Below, one piece after another: positions 24,330 to 37,667 of a DNA stretch of 64,000 nt. Within the stretch, counting starts at the first letter, position 1. Each line of letters opens with the position of its first letter. Source of the DNA: Guillardia theta CCMP2712 (lineage: Eukaryota; Protista; Cryptophyta); the NCBI RefSeq assembly GCF_000315625.1, contig NW_005434465.1, positions 11,480-75,479 of the forward strand, given 5' to 3'. Position numbers and translations under genes: made by a program. The notes beneath the pieces are model-generated. The model was not told the DNA's origin. It did no database searches and worked only from the letters and a program-made list of their open reading frames with translations.

Positions 24330-25150
24330 TGACTCACGCGGCGGCCCCGCGGCGGGCAGAACCGTTCACGTTCAGTTCGGAAAAATACACAATGTGGACC
24401 GGGACCGTACCGTGGCATCGCCGCGGTTGGCACGCTTCTCTCTCCCTCTGAGACTCTCAGACTCTCAGTATCTCCGGGGGCCCCGAGTCTCTCAGCGAGG
24501 CTTCCGAGTACGGTCTCTCTCAGTTACTAACGGTTAAAGTCACGCCGTATCTAATAGTTCGGAAACCGACTCAGTCGGCCGCGCAGTGCGCCGACTCGAG
24601 TGCCGGCCGCCGGGACTGAGTCCGAGTCCTCACTCTGACTCGGAGATCGGATCATCGGACGCCGAGTCCGCCGGGCCGAGAGCCTTGAAAGCCGAGCCCG
24701 CACCAGTTTGGTCCCGGCTTTGAGACCGCAATGACCTTTCAACTTTCCAGTAGTCACCACCCCTCGATCATGGGGGTAGGGGTACTTTAAGTACCTGGTA
24801 GTGATACTGCCTTTCAATGAAGAAAGGTAGGGTACCTGAAGAACCTGTGGGGTACCACTATGTTGCATTCATCCCATAGGAGGGTGGCGAAATAAGGAGT
24901 AACGGGGTAGGGGTTAGCAAGCTTCACAAAGGGTGGGTACAAGACAGAAATTAAGGGGGTCGGGGTACTGATGTACTGGGGTAGCCCATGGAAAGATGGA
25001 TGCTGAAGGGTCGCCATGGAGATTCTGATATGACGAGAAAGAGGAAGGGAGGGGAGGGGAAGGGAGGGGAAGGGAGGGGAAGGGAGGGGAGGGGAGTGGA
25101 GGGGAGTAGGTATGGGACTGTAGGTAATGCATGCAGGGGTTGATAGGGGG
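24330..25150. other. Bipartite non-coding module: CG-rich word mosaic (~24330-24750), GGGTA-rich tract, then (gggaagggag)n
   Basis: Same vocabulary and order as 11965-12520. Confidence 0.6.
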
Positions 25151-25368
25151 AGGTTGAAAAGCAGTACGGTACAAGAACCAGGAAACTCGTTCGAACAGCA
25201 TGGTGATGAGTGAGTCATGTATGGAAAGCTCTTGAAGATTAAGAGGAAAGATCTACCAGAAAACCTGACTTGCATGTTCTGACCTGCGCTTCACAGATTT
25301 GATTGTCTCCTGAGGTTGTCAAATTGCACCAGAAGCCATAGTTACCAAGGCTTCTGCTTGTTGATTAG

Positions 25369-26938
25369 AATGCAGCAGCAGGATTGGCCGAAAGCAAGCC
25401 GATTTGCACTTGCTTCTAACACGGAAACTTCGGCTGGTACATGTTCGCAGCGAACGTCTCGAGGGACTTGGGCTGCAGCTGTGCTTGCCTTCACTCTTGG
25501 CCTTGTGGCGGTCGGCTGTGCGCTGCTGCTTTCGTCCTCTTGGTCGAACCCTGTTTCAACCATTAGCAATGGGGCGGGAGGCACGCAAGGCATGAACCCG
25601 AGGTTCCTCCGATCCGGCAAAGCGACTGGAAACAAGCACGAGGGAAGAGTGCGAGTGAAGTCGATCATTCACGATGCTGTTCAGGCAGCCGTGAAAGGAG
25701 CGGAGAAAGAGGTGAAGACTGAGATCAAGAGCGACGTGAAAGACGCTGTGAAGGAGGCCATTGAGGAGGCTGTGGCTGGAAGTCAAGTCCTCTCTCAGAG
25801 CAAGGACGAGAACGCTTTCGTTCACGCCTTAGTCAAGGATTCAGCTCGAGAAGCTGCGCGGGCTGGAGCCGAAGAAGTTCGCCAGTACGGCAAGGAGATT
25901 GGTCATATCACGAAGGAGCTGGACAGCCAGCTCGGGGGGCTGTTGGAGGATCAGGGCTTGAAGAAGGGATCCAAGGAAAAGTCGATGAGGGGGTCGAGCT
26001 GGTTCGACCTTGCTACCAACGTGCTCAAGTCTCAGAAGCAGAGTGACCCCAACGTCTCTCAGCGAATGTCTCGTGCTGAAGCCGAGAGAAAGCAGCAAGC
26101 GCACAAGATGTTCGTGAAGGAGGAGAAATCCATCCAAGATGAAAGCAAGAGCATGAATGTGAATCGGGGTAGCATCCCTATTGGCAGCAGGAAGAACCCC
26201 CTCTATGTGCAGGCTGAGCATGACCGTGATGCTGAAGCTGAGAAAGACCTCAAGTATCTGGAGCATCAGCAGAAGGCAAAGGAAGCTTTGAAGCATGTTA
26301 AGGCTCGGCTAAATCATGAGAGCCGCACTGAAATGGCTGAGAAGTACCTCAAGATCATGGACAAGAAGGTGTTGCCTACCCCTCATCGCCGCGTTAGTGT
26401 GGACCGGAACGCCCTTGCACAGAAGTACCTGAAGCAGCTGGAAGATCAGCAGGGGTCGGGAGACCACGTCCGTTCTGCCATCCAAAACAAGAAACCCTTG
26501 TCTCGAGAGCAGCAGGCCAAGCTGGACATGGAGTTTCTCAAACGGGGAGATGCGCTCGTGGAGCACGGCGACGTCTTGAAGCCAGTGAAGCTGAGCCCCA
26601 CCATAGTGCATGGAGACAACAAGCTTGAGAAGGCGGCCAAGCTGATGAAAGAGGAGAAAGAGGAGCAAAAGCTATCGAACCACGATAGGAATGAACTGGC
26701 GCAGTCATTTCTCAAGCAACTGAAGGGCGGCAAGTATGTTGGGAAGCCTTTCCACGCCCTTAAGGTACCCTCCCTCGTCGCTTCTTCCAAGAGCCCCGAC
26801 ATGGATGCCAAGGCTCAGAAGTACCTCAAGCAGCTGCAAGCCGCGAATCCGCACGTGCAGGCAACGAAGAAGGCCACGGACAGAAACGCGATCGCAGAGC
26901 ACGATCTACATCAGTTGGAGACTTCATCTCACCAGTGA
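25369..26938 (+). CDS. Single-exon Lys/Glu/Gln-rich protein with one N-terminal TM helix and repeated A(Q/E)K(Y/D)LKxL helical motifs
   Basis: Open frame of ~520 aa from ATG 25369 with GC3-biased codons; TM WAAAVLAFTLGLVAVGCALLL; ~7 motif copies. Confidence 0.8.
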
Positions 26939-26959
26939 AGTGAGGGAGGGGAAGGCACA

Positions 26960-27630
26960 CAAGTTAACGTCTGGTGCAGAGCCAGCTGTTTTAATGAAAG
27001 ACAGGACGAGACTGTCTAGTCTTCTCAGTCTTCGCACGTGCAACGCGGCGACATGGTCGTTCACGTGCAGCTTCTCTGAACGGGCAGCACTGCCATGCTC
27101 GTTGCTCTCAAATGAAGGAGTTGAAGCTCGACTTCTTGCCGCCCGTGCTTCTAAAGGTGTTCTCTCCCTCGTCCGATTCGTAGTGCTTCATCGCTCTGCT
27201 CTGTCCTGCCATCCTGCGCGAGCGTCAGCGATTCGCCTGCTGTGAGGGCAGCTCACGAGGGTAGAGGTTTGCTCTCCAGCTGACGCGCCTGGGAAGCTAT
27301 CAGAGCACAAGGAGAGGGAAGAGGACAAGAAAGCACACCATTCTGTGATCGAGACATTCCTGCAACATGATCAGCAACGACACCAACACAACAGCTACTA
27401 CTGACCTGCAAGTTGCTGCACATGAGCATGGTGAGCTTTCGTTGTCTGTTAGAAACGAACTCAAGAAATCATGTCACACCTGCTGATCCTTGCCGAAGAT
27501 GGCGAACATCTGAGCAAGAAACGAGTCACCTCACTGAGCAGTCTATTCGCTCACTAAGAACTAGCCCAGGTGCTCTCACGAGCTCATCGGGTAAAGCAGA
27601 GGTCTCTAGGCATGCACTCGAGGCTGACAT
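26960..27630 (-). CDS. Possible small spliced hypothetical protein
   Basis: ATG at 27630 (MSASSACLETSALPDELVRAP..) and several short intron-like segments; no motif. Confidence 0.25.
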
Positions 27631-28899
27631 GGACTCGCTTGAGGTCAAAGCCAGGTAGACCTCAATGAGCAAGGCAAGCCGAAGGACGAGGAACAGCTGC
27701 AGGCAAAGAAGACTCCTTCTTCACTGAGAGAGGAGGAGACGGAGAGGGAACCATGAGAGGAGTGAGAGAGGAATGAAGCAATACGAGCCAGAAGAGTTGT
27801 TGGTGAATGAGAGGCGTGAGGACGAGACGAGGATGCGGTGTGTTACAGGAAGTGCTGCATACAGAAAGGCACAAGTGGTTGAGGTGGTGGTGATGGTGGA
27901 GGTAGTGAAAAAGATGGAGGATGATTGAGATGGCGGTGAGATGTCGACGACGACGATAATGATGATGAAGAAGAGATGATGATGATGACGGAAATGGTGG
28001 TGAGGGGAAAGGAAAGGAAGAGGAGGTGGTGCATGTAGATTTGATGATGATGCAGCTGAGAGGAAGAGATCGGGTGACGGAGCAGCAGCAACATGGTCAG
28101 GATGTATGCGTGGAGGAGCAGGAAAAGCAGGGAGCAGGGCCGCAAATAGAAAGAAATGGTTTACTCATTATTTATTTTAGTAGAAAACTGAGTCGCCTCA
28201 GAACTAATAATTATTCAAGATGCGAAGACAGCAATGGATGAAGAGGTCGATGACGAGAACCTTGAAAAGGACAGCAATGAGACACTTCGAATGATGGCTG
28301 ACCTGATCGAAGCCATCTTCGAAAATTCTTTGGGGGTGTACTAGGGGCAGGGGGTAGAAGTGGGTAAAATGGGGGGTACAGCAAGGACATGAAGGGGGTT
28401 GTGATTTATTGGGTAGGGTAGTGCGATTAGGGGGAGTAGGGGGATGAGGGGGTCGCGTGGCCGTTGTAGTAAAACGAGGGGAATGGAGGGAATGAAGGGA
28501 GAGACGGGAGGAGGAAGCGAGAGGCGGAGCAGAGACAAGGGGAAGCGAAGAGAAGGAGGAAGATAGAGATAGAGATAGAGATAGAGATAGAGAGAGAACT
28601 CGTGCCAAGCGATAGTTTCTTAAGCAATGGGGTTGATATGAGCTGCGGAGGTAAAAGGACTGGTCGAAGGAGTGGGGGAATAGAATGAGGAAGTGATGAC
28701 GAGAAGACGATGACGAGAGAAGAGCATGAAAGTGCGCTAGAGCCGGTCATATCCTTCGATTGTCATCTCCGATCAGAAAAGTGAGATTACTCGCCTTGAT
28801 GGTCTTGTGACAGTTTGTGTTGATTTGAAATGTTTGAAAAATCAAATTCGATAAAGTTCAAGCTTAGCGAGTGGAAAGAAGATAAAAAAGAGGAAATGC

Positions 28900-30970
28900 G
28901 CCCAACAGACATTCGAGGATAGATATGATGCTCCAGGGTGCTAGAAATCGATTCGGATGCTGCCTTGTGTACTTTATCGGACATCAGTGACCTTTCTGTT
29001 GATAGATGTCGAGGAAGTTCTTCAAGACACGATTCAGTCCCATCAGACCAGATGTCGGCTTCTACGAGACCTTCAAGTGATCCTCTCCCTTCTCTCCCAC
29101 TCGTCTCCTTGTCTCCCTCTACTCTTCTCCCTCCTCGCTTACTCCTCCGCCCCCTTCAGGTTGCTCTCGTCGGCCTCGGCCGAGCTTCTCTGGTGGCTCG
29201 GGGCTCCGGGGAAGTGGGCGGCCAACTTTGGGTTTCTGCTTCTGTTTGTCATCGGTGAGTCTCCTGCCCCTCCTCTTCCCTCCTCACCTGCTCGCAGTCA
29301 TGCTCCCTGCGCTGCTCCCCGCCTTCATCCGCTACTTGTGGAGTGCGGGAGTGCGCAAGAACCTCATGTACGGCTCCTCCATCCGGCACCAGCTCGACGT
29401 CTACCTCCCCTCCGATCACAAGCGAGACCCCAGCAGAAGGCGACCTGTTGTCATCTTCATCTCGGGGGGGGCCTGGATCATCGGGTACAAGACATGGGCA
29501 TTCCTGATGGGGTTGGTGTTTCAGGTAGAAGGAGAGGGAGGGGGAGGGGGAGAGGGAGAGAGGGCGAGTTCGATCGGGAGGAGGAGGAGGAAATTTGGAG
29601 CTAAGGGGGATGACGTTGATGGGCAGGATAACGGAGTTGTCTTCGTGGCTCCTGATTACAGGAACTTCCCCCCAGGCGGTGAGGACCTTGACGTGGAGGA
29701 GGCAGGGCGACAGGTCTGACCCCCAGCAGATCCCCGACATGGTGAANNNNNNNNNNNNNNNNNNNNNNNNNNNNNNNNNNNNNNNNNNNNNNNNNNNNNN
29801 NNNNNNNNNNNNNNNNNNNNNNNNNNNNNNNNNNNNNNNNNNNNNNTGAAGGGGAGGAGGAGGGATGAAGGGGAGGAGGGACGCTGATGATTCTGCAGGA
29901 GGAGACGCAAACAACGTGACCCTTATGGGTCAGTCCGCTGGGGCTCATCTTGCCGCCCTGTGAGTCACCCCTTGCCCTCCTCCTTGTCGTTGTTGTCGCC
30001 TCTTCTTCCTCACTCAGCTCAGGTGCGTCATCGATGCGGCTGAGAAGGAGGCGGCGCTTGAGAAGCTCTGTGCCTCACACGGGCTGCCTGAGCTGGTGGG
30101 GAAGGAGCAGCTGCAGGCGGGTTGGTGGAGGATGATGGAGCAGGTGCAGCGGAATGAAGCAGGAGCTCATTCGTCCATGGAAGGCATGGCCTTCAGCTGC
30201 CGACAGCTCTCACGGTTCGCGAGGGTGGAGGAGAGGAGGAATGGGGAGGGGGAGCAGGAGGGAGGGAGAGGAGGGAGGGAGGGGGCCAGAATAGTGAGGG
30301 TTGCCGCAGGTTCGTGGGTATCTCAGGGCCTTACAACATTCTCAAGCTCATTCCTTTCATGCAAGCTCGTGGGCTTCCTAAAAATGTTCTCAACGCTCTT
30401 GTCGCCGGCGATCCGCTCAAGCAGTCGCCTGGTGCTGATCCTCCTCCTCCTTCCTCTGGTTCTTGCTTGTGACTCGCTTCTTGCCCAGCTTGTCGGGTCC
30501 TTGACCTCTCTCCTCACGCTGTTTCCTTCCTCCCCAAAGTTTCACTATTCCATGGCACCGCCGACGCCACCGTCCCTCATGCTCAGGTGACCTTCTCCTC
30601 CTCCTCCTCCCGCTCACTCGCACTCAGACTGTCGAATTCGCCATGGCGCTCGAGAGGGCAGGCGGGCGAGTGGAGACGGTGAAACTTTACGAGGGCAAGA
30701 GCCACACGGTGAGAGAAGCGGAAGAAGCGAATAGGCTGACGGGCTTGTCAGGATCCCATCCTAGAGGACCCTTGCAAGGGCTCAGACCCCCTCATGCTTG
30801 ATCTGCTCAACCTCATCACTGCTAAAGACTCCTCGACCTCCTCCCTCTCCTCCTCTCCTTCCTCCTCCTCCCTCTCCTCCTCCTCCTCCTCCTCCCTCTC
30901 TCCCATCATCCAACACCGACGACTTCACCCGCGAGTTATCGCGGTCGCGAGGTGGCTGAATCCCTTCTGA
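28900..30970 (+). CDS. Isoprenylcysteine methylesterase (ICME)-like alpha/beta hydrolase, multi-exon, spans an N-gap
   Basis: YGSSIRHQLDVYLP, RPVVIFISGGAWIIGYK, DYRNFP, nucleophile GQSAG, GISGPYN, HGTADATVP, YEGKSHTD, terminal WLNPF*; start uncertain. Confidence 0.85.
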
Positions 30971-31070
30971 TGGAGGGCGAGCTGTAAAGACTAGCATGCA
31001 TGTAAATACAGACGAGACCTGACCTGAGCAGCTAGAGGAGGAGGAGGAGGAGGAGGAGGAGGAGGAGGAG

Positions 31071-32714
31071 CTAGAACAGATGGTCCATGACCTCCCATAG
31101 CAGCAGGCAGCCGTCGCTCCCGCTCGTGGAGAGCAGCAGCGAGTCATCGCAGCTGAAAGTCACTCGCCTGATCCTCCCCCCGTGGTTCCCGTAGCTTCGA
31201 CGAGGAGCCGAGGACGAGAGCACGGGGAAGGACAGCAGGCTCAGCTGCCCTCCTTTCTCCCCCACCGCTAGCAAGTCTCCTTGCCGGGACCGGTCTACGC
31301 AAGAAGGAGTACCCCTGTCCCTGTCCTCCTGGTGACCCCTCTCGCCTCCCTCTCCTCTCCTCTCCTTCTCCTCTTGTCTCAGTCCCTCCATCTCACGTCC
31401 CGCCAAGCACGTCTGTGTCTCCCACTTCACCTCCTGGAACAGCTCTGTCCGCCCCGCTAGCAGCAGCCTGCCGCCGCCGCCTCCCACCTCCCACACCACC
31501 CCCGTCATGTCTCTTCCGCAGCTCTGCGCGTATCGCCCGCACGAGGAGACGTCGAGGGCTGCCACTGCTCCTCCATGTGCCCCGCAACGGCTGCCGTCTT
31601 GCGTGTCGAGGAGGAGGGGAAAAGGAGAGGAGGAGGAAAAGAGGGTCTTGAGCGCTGAACGGATGGGGAGGAGGCAGACGCTCCCGTCGAAACCACCAGC
31701 GAGGAGAGCGGAGTCGTCGAGGAGGAAGCGAAGGGAAGAGAAACCAGCTCGTTCCTTCTTCGTGGCCCCAGCAGCTTTCTCCGTCCTGCCGTCGTGGAAC
31801 GAGAGGAGGGGCCGAAGGCTCGCGAGCTCCAGCACGAGGATCCTCCCGTCGCTCGTCGCCGTTGCCAGCATCCGCCCGTCATGCGAGAGCGCCAGTGCCT
31901 CCACACCCGTCGGGAAGTTTTCAGCTCGGAGCAGCTCGAGCTTGAGCAGGTCAAAGAGCTTCAGCCCCCCGTCGCGACTTCCCGTGACAGCCACCTGAGC
32001 CGCAGGATGGCAGCACAGAGCCGTTACCTCCTCCTTGTGTCCCTGCAGCACCGACAGAACTTCTCCCGTCCTCTCTCGCAGCAGCAGCAGCTCATTTCCC
32101 CCCGTCCCCACCAGCATGCTTCCTCCCTGGTAGTCCCCCAGCAGTGAAGGCGCCACGTACGCCATGGCGCGGATGGAAGCACCGGGCATGGAGAAGCCAA
32201 CGCTCTCCGCATCCTCGAGCTGCATGCCCATGGGGCTCGAGAGGTTCCAGTAGCGCACGCAGCCGTCGCTTCCTCCCGTCACTAGTCGCCCTGACGGATG
32301 CAGCACCATGCTGATGGTCGAGCCCGCATGCGCGCTCCTCACCGCCGCCATGACGCGCGCGTCCTGCCAGAGGTAGATGTCTCCTCCCGTCGTGCCGCTG
32401 GCAGTTGTGCCATTGGGCAGGCACACGAGGCAGCTGACGAAGTTGGGCTGTAGCGAAGTGAGGGCTAGGGGAGGGAGGGCGAGGAGAGGGGAGAGGAGGA
32501 TGGACCTGCTCGAAGGCTCCGAAAGTTCCCGTGCGAGACTGAGAGAGTGAGAATGAGAGGAGGGAGGGGAAGCGATCTCAGGCTCACCTTCAAAGTCATG
32601 GGCATCTCCTCCTCCTCTCGGTCAAGGAGGCTTTCCTTGTGCTTTCATGCAGTGTCAACTCCATACAGGGAAGAGTAGGAGGAGGTAAGTGAGAGTTTGG
32701 GGAAGTGAGACGAC

Positions 32715-32779
<65 letters not shown>

Positions 32780-34839
32780 GGAGGAGGAGGAGAAGGAGAT
32801 TACCCTCAAAGTCCAGAACTTGACATGTTTTTTCCCGGCACTCACAAGTTCGTCCTCTCGTCTCTCTGAAAACTTCACACTCAGCGCTGCCCCGTCCGTA
32901 TGGGCTGGAGCTTTCGCCAGCTTGACGCCCGCCTGCCAGTCCCACACCACCAGACAGTTCTTGGGGTCCGAGCAAAGGGAAGCTAGCTTAGCACCCGACC
33001 TAGAAAAAGCGAGAGCTGTCCAGGGCGTGAGATGGATCGAAGGAGCAGAGGAGGTGGGGTAGAAGAGGGATGGGGTACCTGTGAGGGCTTGCGGTAGGTC
33101 TCCCCTCCCCATGCTCGTGACGAGGCAGCAGCTGCTGGAGCTCCATACGCAGAGAAAGGGCTTCTGCCCGCTCCTTCCCGCTCCTTGGCCTGTAGCCACG
33201 AGCTCCTTATGCAGCGTTAGCTGAACCAAAGAGAGAGCAAAGAGGAGCGAAGCAGCGCGGGAGTGAGGAAGGGAGGGAAGGGGGCAGAAGGAGGGAGGGA
33301 GGGAGAGTGAGTGAGTGAGTGAGTGAGTGAGTGAGTGGGGAAGAGAGGGAGGAGACGGAGGTTTACTCCGTCTGGATGCATCGCTATGCACTTTATCTCT
33401 GCATCGTGACCTCTGCAACAAAGTGAATGAGAAGAATGAAGCGGTCAAGGCGAGCAAAGGAGGAGGGGAGGTGAGGGAGAGGCGGGGAGGCAGGCTACCT
33501 GAAGAAAGTCTGTCTGTTGGTCGTGAGATCGTGAACGACGCCAAGGGCAGCAGCGAAGAAGACGAGCTGCAGGAGAGTCAGGGGCAGCAGCGTCTCATCC
33601 TCCCGTTCCTGTCCATTCTTGTTCGACACCAGGGCTGCCCACGTGTCTTTACACCTCAACCCCAACACGTGCTTCAGTTGCAAGCTGCCTGGCTCTCAGT
33701 CCCAGGTCTCCTCCCCGCTCCCCTCCACCTCTTGGTGGGCATGGAGCTTGCGGCCTTGTTAAGCTCTTGAGCCAGGTGGGGAGTCGAATTCCTCTCCCTC
33801 CCGACCTGACGTTCTGCTGCCTCCTCCTCCATGGCGATACTCCGCACGGAGGACCTGAGGAGCAGCGTCAGCTGACCTTCGCTCCTCCCCTGCTTCTCAC
33901 CTGGAGACCCTCGCGCCCCTCGCCGAGCTGCTCCTGACAGGTTGATTGATGCTGCTTTCTCAGAGTTATGGAGAAGAGGAGGAGGACTGAGGTGGAGTGG
34001 AGGAGTGAGGAGGAGGAGGAGGAGGGGGAGGAGACCTAGAGGGTCGAGGAGAGGAAGGCTTGTCTCCGATGCTTCGGAGCCTCTCCACGCTCTTCCTTGC
34101 TTGTTTTGAGGCTTCAGTCTTGCAAGAGCTGCTCCTTGATCGCTCTTGTCCAGCAGCAGTCAAGCTGCTCCTCGCACTCTTTGAGGCCTCGAGCTTCATC
34201 CCAGCCGCTCCTCCCACCGGAACCTCCTCTACCTTGGTAGCTTTCGTTGACGTCTCCTCTACCTTGGTAGCTGTCGTTGACGTCTCCTCTACCTTTCTAG
34301 CTGTCGTTGACGACCCTCCCTCGTCTCCAAGAGTTGGAGGAGAGGCTGGCGCCCCTCTTGGGGTCTCAGCTGCTGACGTGGCGACGTGCGAGGGATGACA
34401 CGCGAGGTCTGGAGCCTCGAGCAGCTCTACTCTTCGGATGAGGTTGGCAACGGCTTGTCGCAACATGTCCACCTGCTCGTCCACCTGCGAGTTCCTCCTT
34501 GCCACCTCACGTTCCAACATCTCCACTCGAAGCTTCAGCTGCCTCCTGCTGACCGCATCTTCCTCATCATCTGTCGGCGCTCCTTCAGGCAAGAATGCAC
34601 GGCTTGTGCGCTTCGCTTCTGCAGCATCGAGCATGGATGTCGTTAGCAGGCCGCCATGGTCGAGCTGCTCTCCTTGTTTCGGCATCTTCACGTGCAAGGC
34701 TGAAGTGACCCAGCTCGTTTGATCTGCTCGGCTGTTTCGCTTGTTAATGACGCGGCAGATAAGATTAGATAGGCTGATCCGCGTGACAGTAAGGCTCGGA
34801 AACCAGTTCCAGACCTCAGGCTGCTGCCTTACCAGTCAT
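31071..34839 (-). CDS. EML/EMAP-like (HELP motif + WD40 beta-propellers) microtubule-associated protein with N-terminal coiled coil
   Basis: LQLKHVLGLRCKD, FFAAALGVVHD..QTFF, VATGQ, VVWDWQ, GKKHVKFW, many GH..WD repeats, DGCLLLW; 30-nt repeat (STTATKVEET) at ~34224-34312. Confidence 0.85.
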
Positions 34840-35411
34840 TGAGTCTGCTCTGCTGTGCGGCCACGAGTCAGTCGAAAGTTTTTAACGTTTTCTCTCCGTC
34901 TTTTTCCTTATCTGAGGCTTTTCTTTCTTTTGTATCTTCTGCTCTGATCAACTTCTCCTCTTCTCGTCTCTCAGATCTCTCCTGTCCTGTCTGTTCTCCT
35001 CTCCTCTCCCCTCCTCTCCTCTCCTTGTCTCAGGCTCCTCTCCTCTCCTCTCCTCTCCTCTCCTCTCCTCTCCTCTCCTCTCCTCTCCTCTCCTCTCCTC
35101 TCCTCTCCTCTCCTTGTCTCTCCTCGCCTTTCACGAAATTCAAATCATTGGCAGGCCAAGTTGTCAAAAGGATGACCCGGACTTTTTTTTTATAAGTATT
35201 TGCAAATTTCAAATTTTCATTCGTCCGCGCGATCCTTATCTTCAGCGACCTCACTATCAATTTCCAGTATCTACCTAGGACACTGCTAGCACCTCTCTCT
35301 ACGACCCCTCTGTATCAAGATAGTCACTGGTACTCTTTCTGACAGGGTAGGTAGTGGACATACCCCCTCTATGATTTCCTACGGAAAGGGAGGGGTGGGG
35401 TACATGTCTAA

Positions 35412-35793
35412 GGCCCGTTTCCCGCCGGCTCCCAGATTCCAGATTCCAGATTTTTTCATACAAATATAAGTCAAATTCTTTTTTTTCTACTCCAAATGTT
35501 TTGGAGAACTCAACTATAAGTCATTTTAATTTGAGAATGAAACGATGCGGTTGACTTTCCCAGATTTTGCTTTTCGAATGGGCAGGCACTATATGGAAAT
35601 ATACTATTAGCTCAATCGAGAAAAATTGTTAGAAGGTAGGGAGGGTACGCTGGGAGCATCAAATATGAACAGGCAGTGGACCCACCCCCTGTCAGTATGT
35701 ATTGAAAGCACCGGTGAATATTTCGGGGTAAATTTCAAATTAGTTTGAATAAAGTCAAAAATCTGGAATCTGGGAGCCGGCGGGAAACGGGCC
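35412..35793. mobile_element. PIF/Harbinger (Tourist-like) MITE, 382 bp
   Basis: Terminal inverted repeats ggcccgtttcccgccggctcccagattccagatt (34 bp); TAA target-site duplication at 35409-35411 and 35794-35796; AT-rich non-coding interior. Confidence 0.88.
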
Positions 35794-36041
35794 TAAGATA
35801 GATATGGGATGGGTGGGGCTGAAAAGGAAAAACAAGGGGAAAGAGGGAAGAGAGGGAAGGGAAGGGAGGAAGAGGAGAAGAGGAGGGAGAGGAGGGAGAG
35901 GAGGGAGAGTTATGAGATAGGGAGGATATGGACAGAGAGGAACGGATGGTTGAGAGTAGCGGCAGGCGCGCCAAGTGCTTGTAGATATCAAGTGTTGATA
36001 TCATGATTCTTAACCAAGGATTCGCAGGTGGAGCGTGAACG

Positions 36042-37667
36042 ATGTACTCCCCAGCACCTCCTCCTCCCGGTAGCCCACAATCTGTCCTTCTGCTTTTGCT
36101 GCGCTGACTCATTCCCTGCCTTGTAGATCCCAAGAGGAAGGAGCAGAACATGCTGCTCGGGTTCCTCCTCCTCATCTTCCTCATCGCTTTCCCTGCGCTC
36201 GTGGTCGCTGTGGTAGGCTCCCCTGCTTCAAACCCTTGAAGGCAGTGAACATGATCGCTGGTGCAGGTCGCGTTCACTAGGATACCAGGAGATGACTGCG
36301 CTCTCAACGTAACGACCCCAGTGACCCAGACGGCACATGCGATCCACTGGTAGGAAGAGCTTCTGTTCCTGTTTCGCCTCCCTCTCATCCCTCTGCTCCT
36401 GCTCTCATCTCACTTTTTGTAGGGACTACTCGCCTGAGCATGGGCCCGAGCACTGGGCGTCGCTGACTCCTGACTACGCTACCTGCGGCTCCGGCAAGCT
36501 GCAGGTCTTCTGCGCGTTCCTCTCCGTCTGCGGGCTCTCATGCCTTGCAGTCGCCGATCAACCTGCGCACAAGCGTCGGCCCCAAGTATGAGCTTGGAAG
36601 GACCCTGAAGAACATCAGCATGAACAACTTTCAGGTCTCCTCGTCGCTTCTTGCTCAGGCTGGTGATCTAACGGGCTGCACGAGCAGGACGTGAGCACCC
36701 TCGTCAAGAACTCCTTCTCCAACTTGGTTACAGTCGTCCACAACGGACACACAGTGCAGACGAGTGGAGTGAAGGGATACTTCCAGTACGACAGCACTTG
36801 GTTCGAGCTGCTCCAGTTTCACTTCCACACTCCCAGCGAGCATCAGGTCAGGCCTCCGGACGGTGCTGCGGCTGCTGACGAGTTGAAAGCTGGATGATAA
36901 TCTGCAACAAGCAGAGATTCACTTCGTGCACAAGGTATGATCGAGCGGTAGCTTGCTGGGTGAGCTCAAGAAGGATGCAGAGTCAATCAAACAACTACTT
37001 GGTGATCGGCGTCTTTGTCGAAACAGCAGACGAGAACCCCGAGTACTTCAAGGAGGTAGGGAGACCTGTTGCTCGACTCACCTGACTGACTTCCTGCAGC
37101 TCCTTGCTGACTTTCCCAAGTCTGAGGAAGAGGCAGCGGCTATCGTTCACTTCAACTACACGCAGGTGAACAGCTCTTGATGATTCTTCTGCCCCATCCC
37201 TCACCCCTGGCTGCCCTGAATGCTTCTCTGCAGCTTCTGCAAGATGTTGTGGGCGACAACGCCAACTACTGGATGTACAGTGGGAGGTGAGGGAAGAGGA
37301 GGAGGAGGAGGAGGAGGAGGAGGAGGAGGAGGAGGAGGAGGAGGAGGAGGAGGAGGAGGAGGAGGAGGAGGAGGAGGAGGAGGAGGAGGCGGTCCATGAC
37401 ATTGCGAGCAGCTTCACTACACCTAACTGTCAGGAGGGAGTGACATGGATCGTGATGAACAAAAAGGTGAAGATGACTGCTAAGGTAAGGCCCCTCCTTC
37501 CCTCCTGCCCCTCTCATTCCTTGTCAAAGGACATCGGTGCGCTTAGAAATGCGATGGGCAAGAACAACCGACCGATCCAGCCTCTGAATGAGAGGTACTC
37601 TCCTGCTCATCTCGTCGTCGTCTTACCGTTCCGCAGGACTGTCCACATGAAATCTCTTCCCATCTGA
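36042..37667 (+). CDS. Alpha-class carbonic anhydrase with N-terminal TM anchor or signal, multi-exon
   Basis: WDYSPEHGPEHW, CGSGKLQSPINL, NGHTVQ, QFHFHTPSEH, IHFVH, YSGSFTTPNCQEGVTWIV, NNRPIQPLNER. Confidence 0.93.

Noticed and set aside
29660-29725. Third GC-AG intron in the ICME-like gene
   Set aside because: A gtgagg donor lies a few nt downstream; a C-homopolymer length error near the gap is equally plausible
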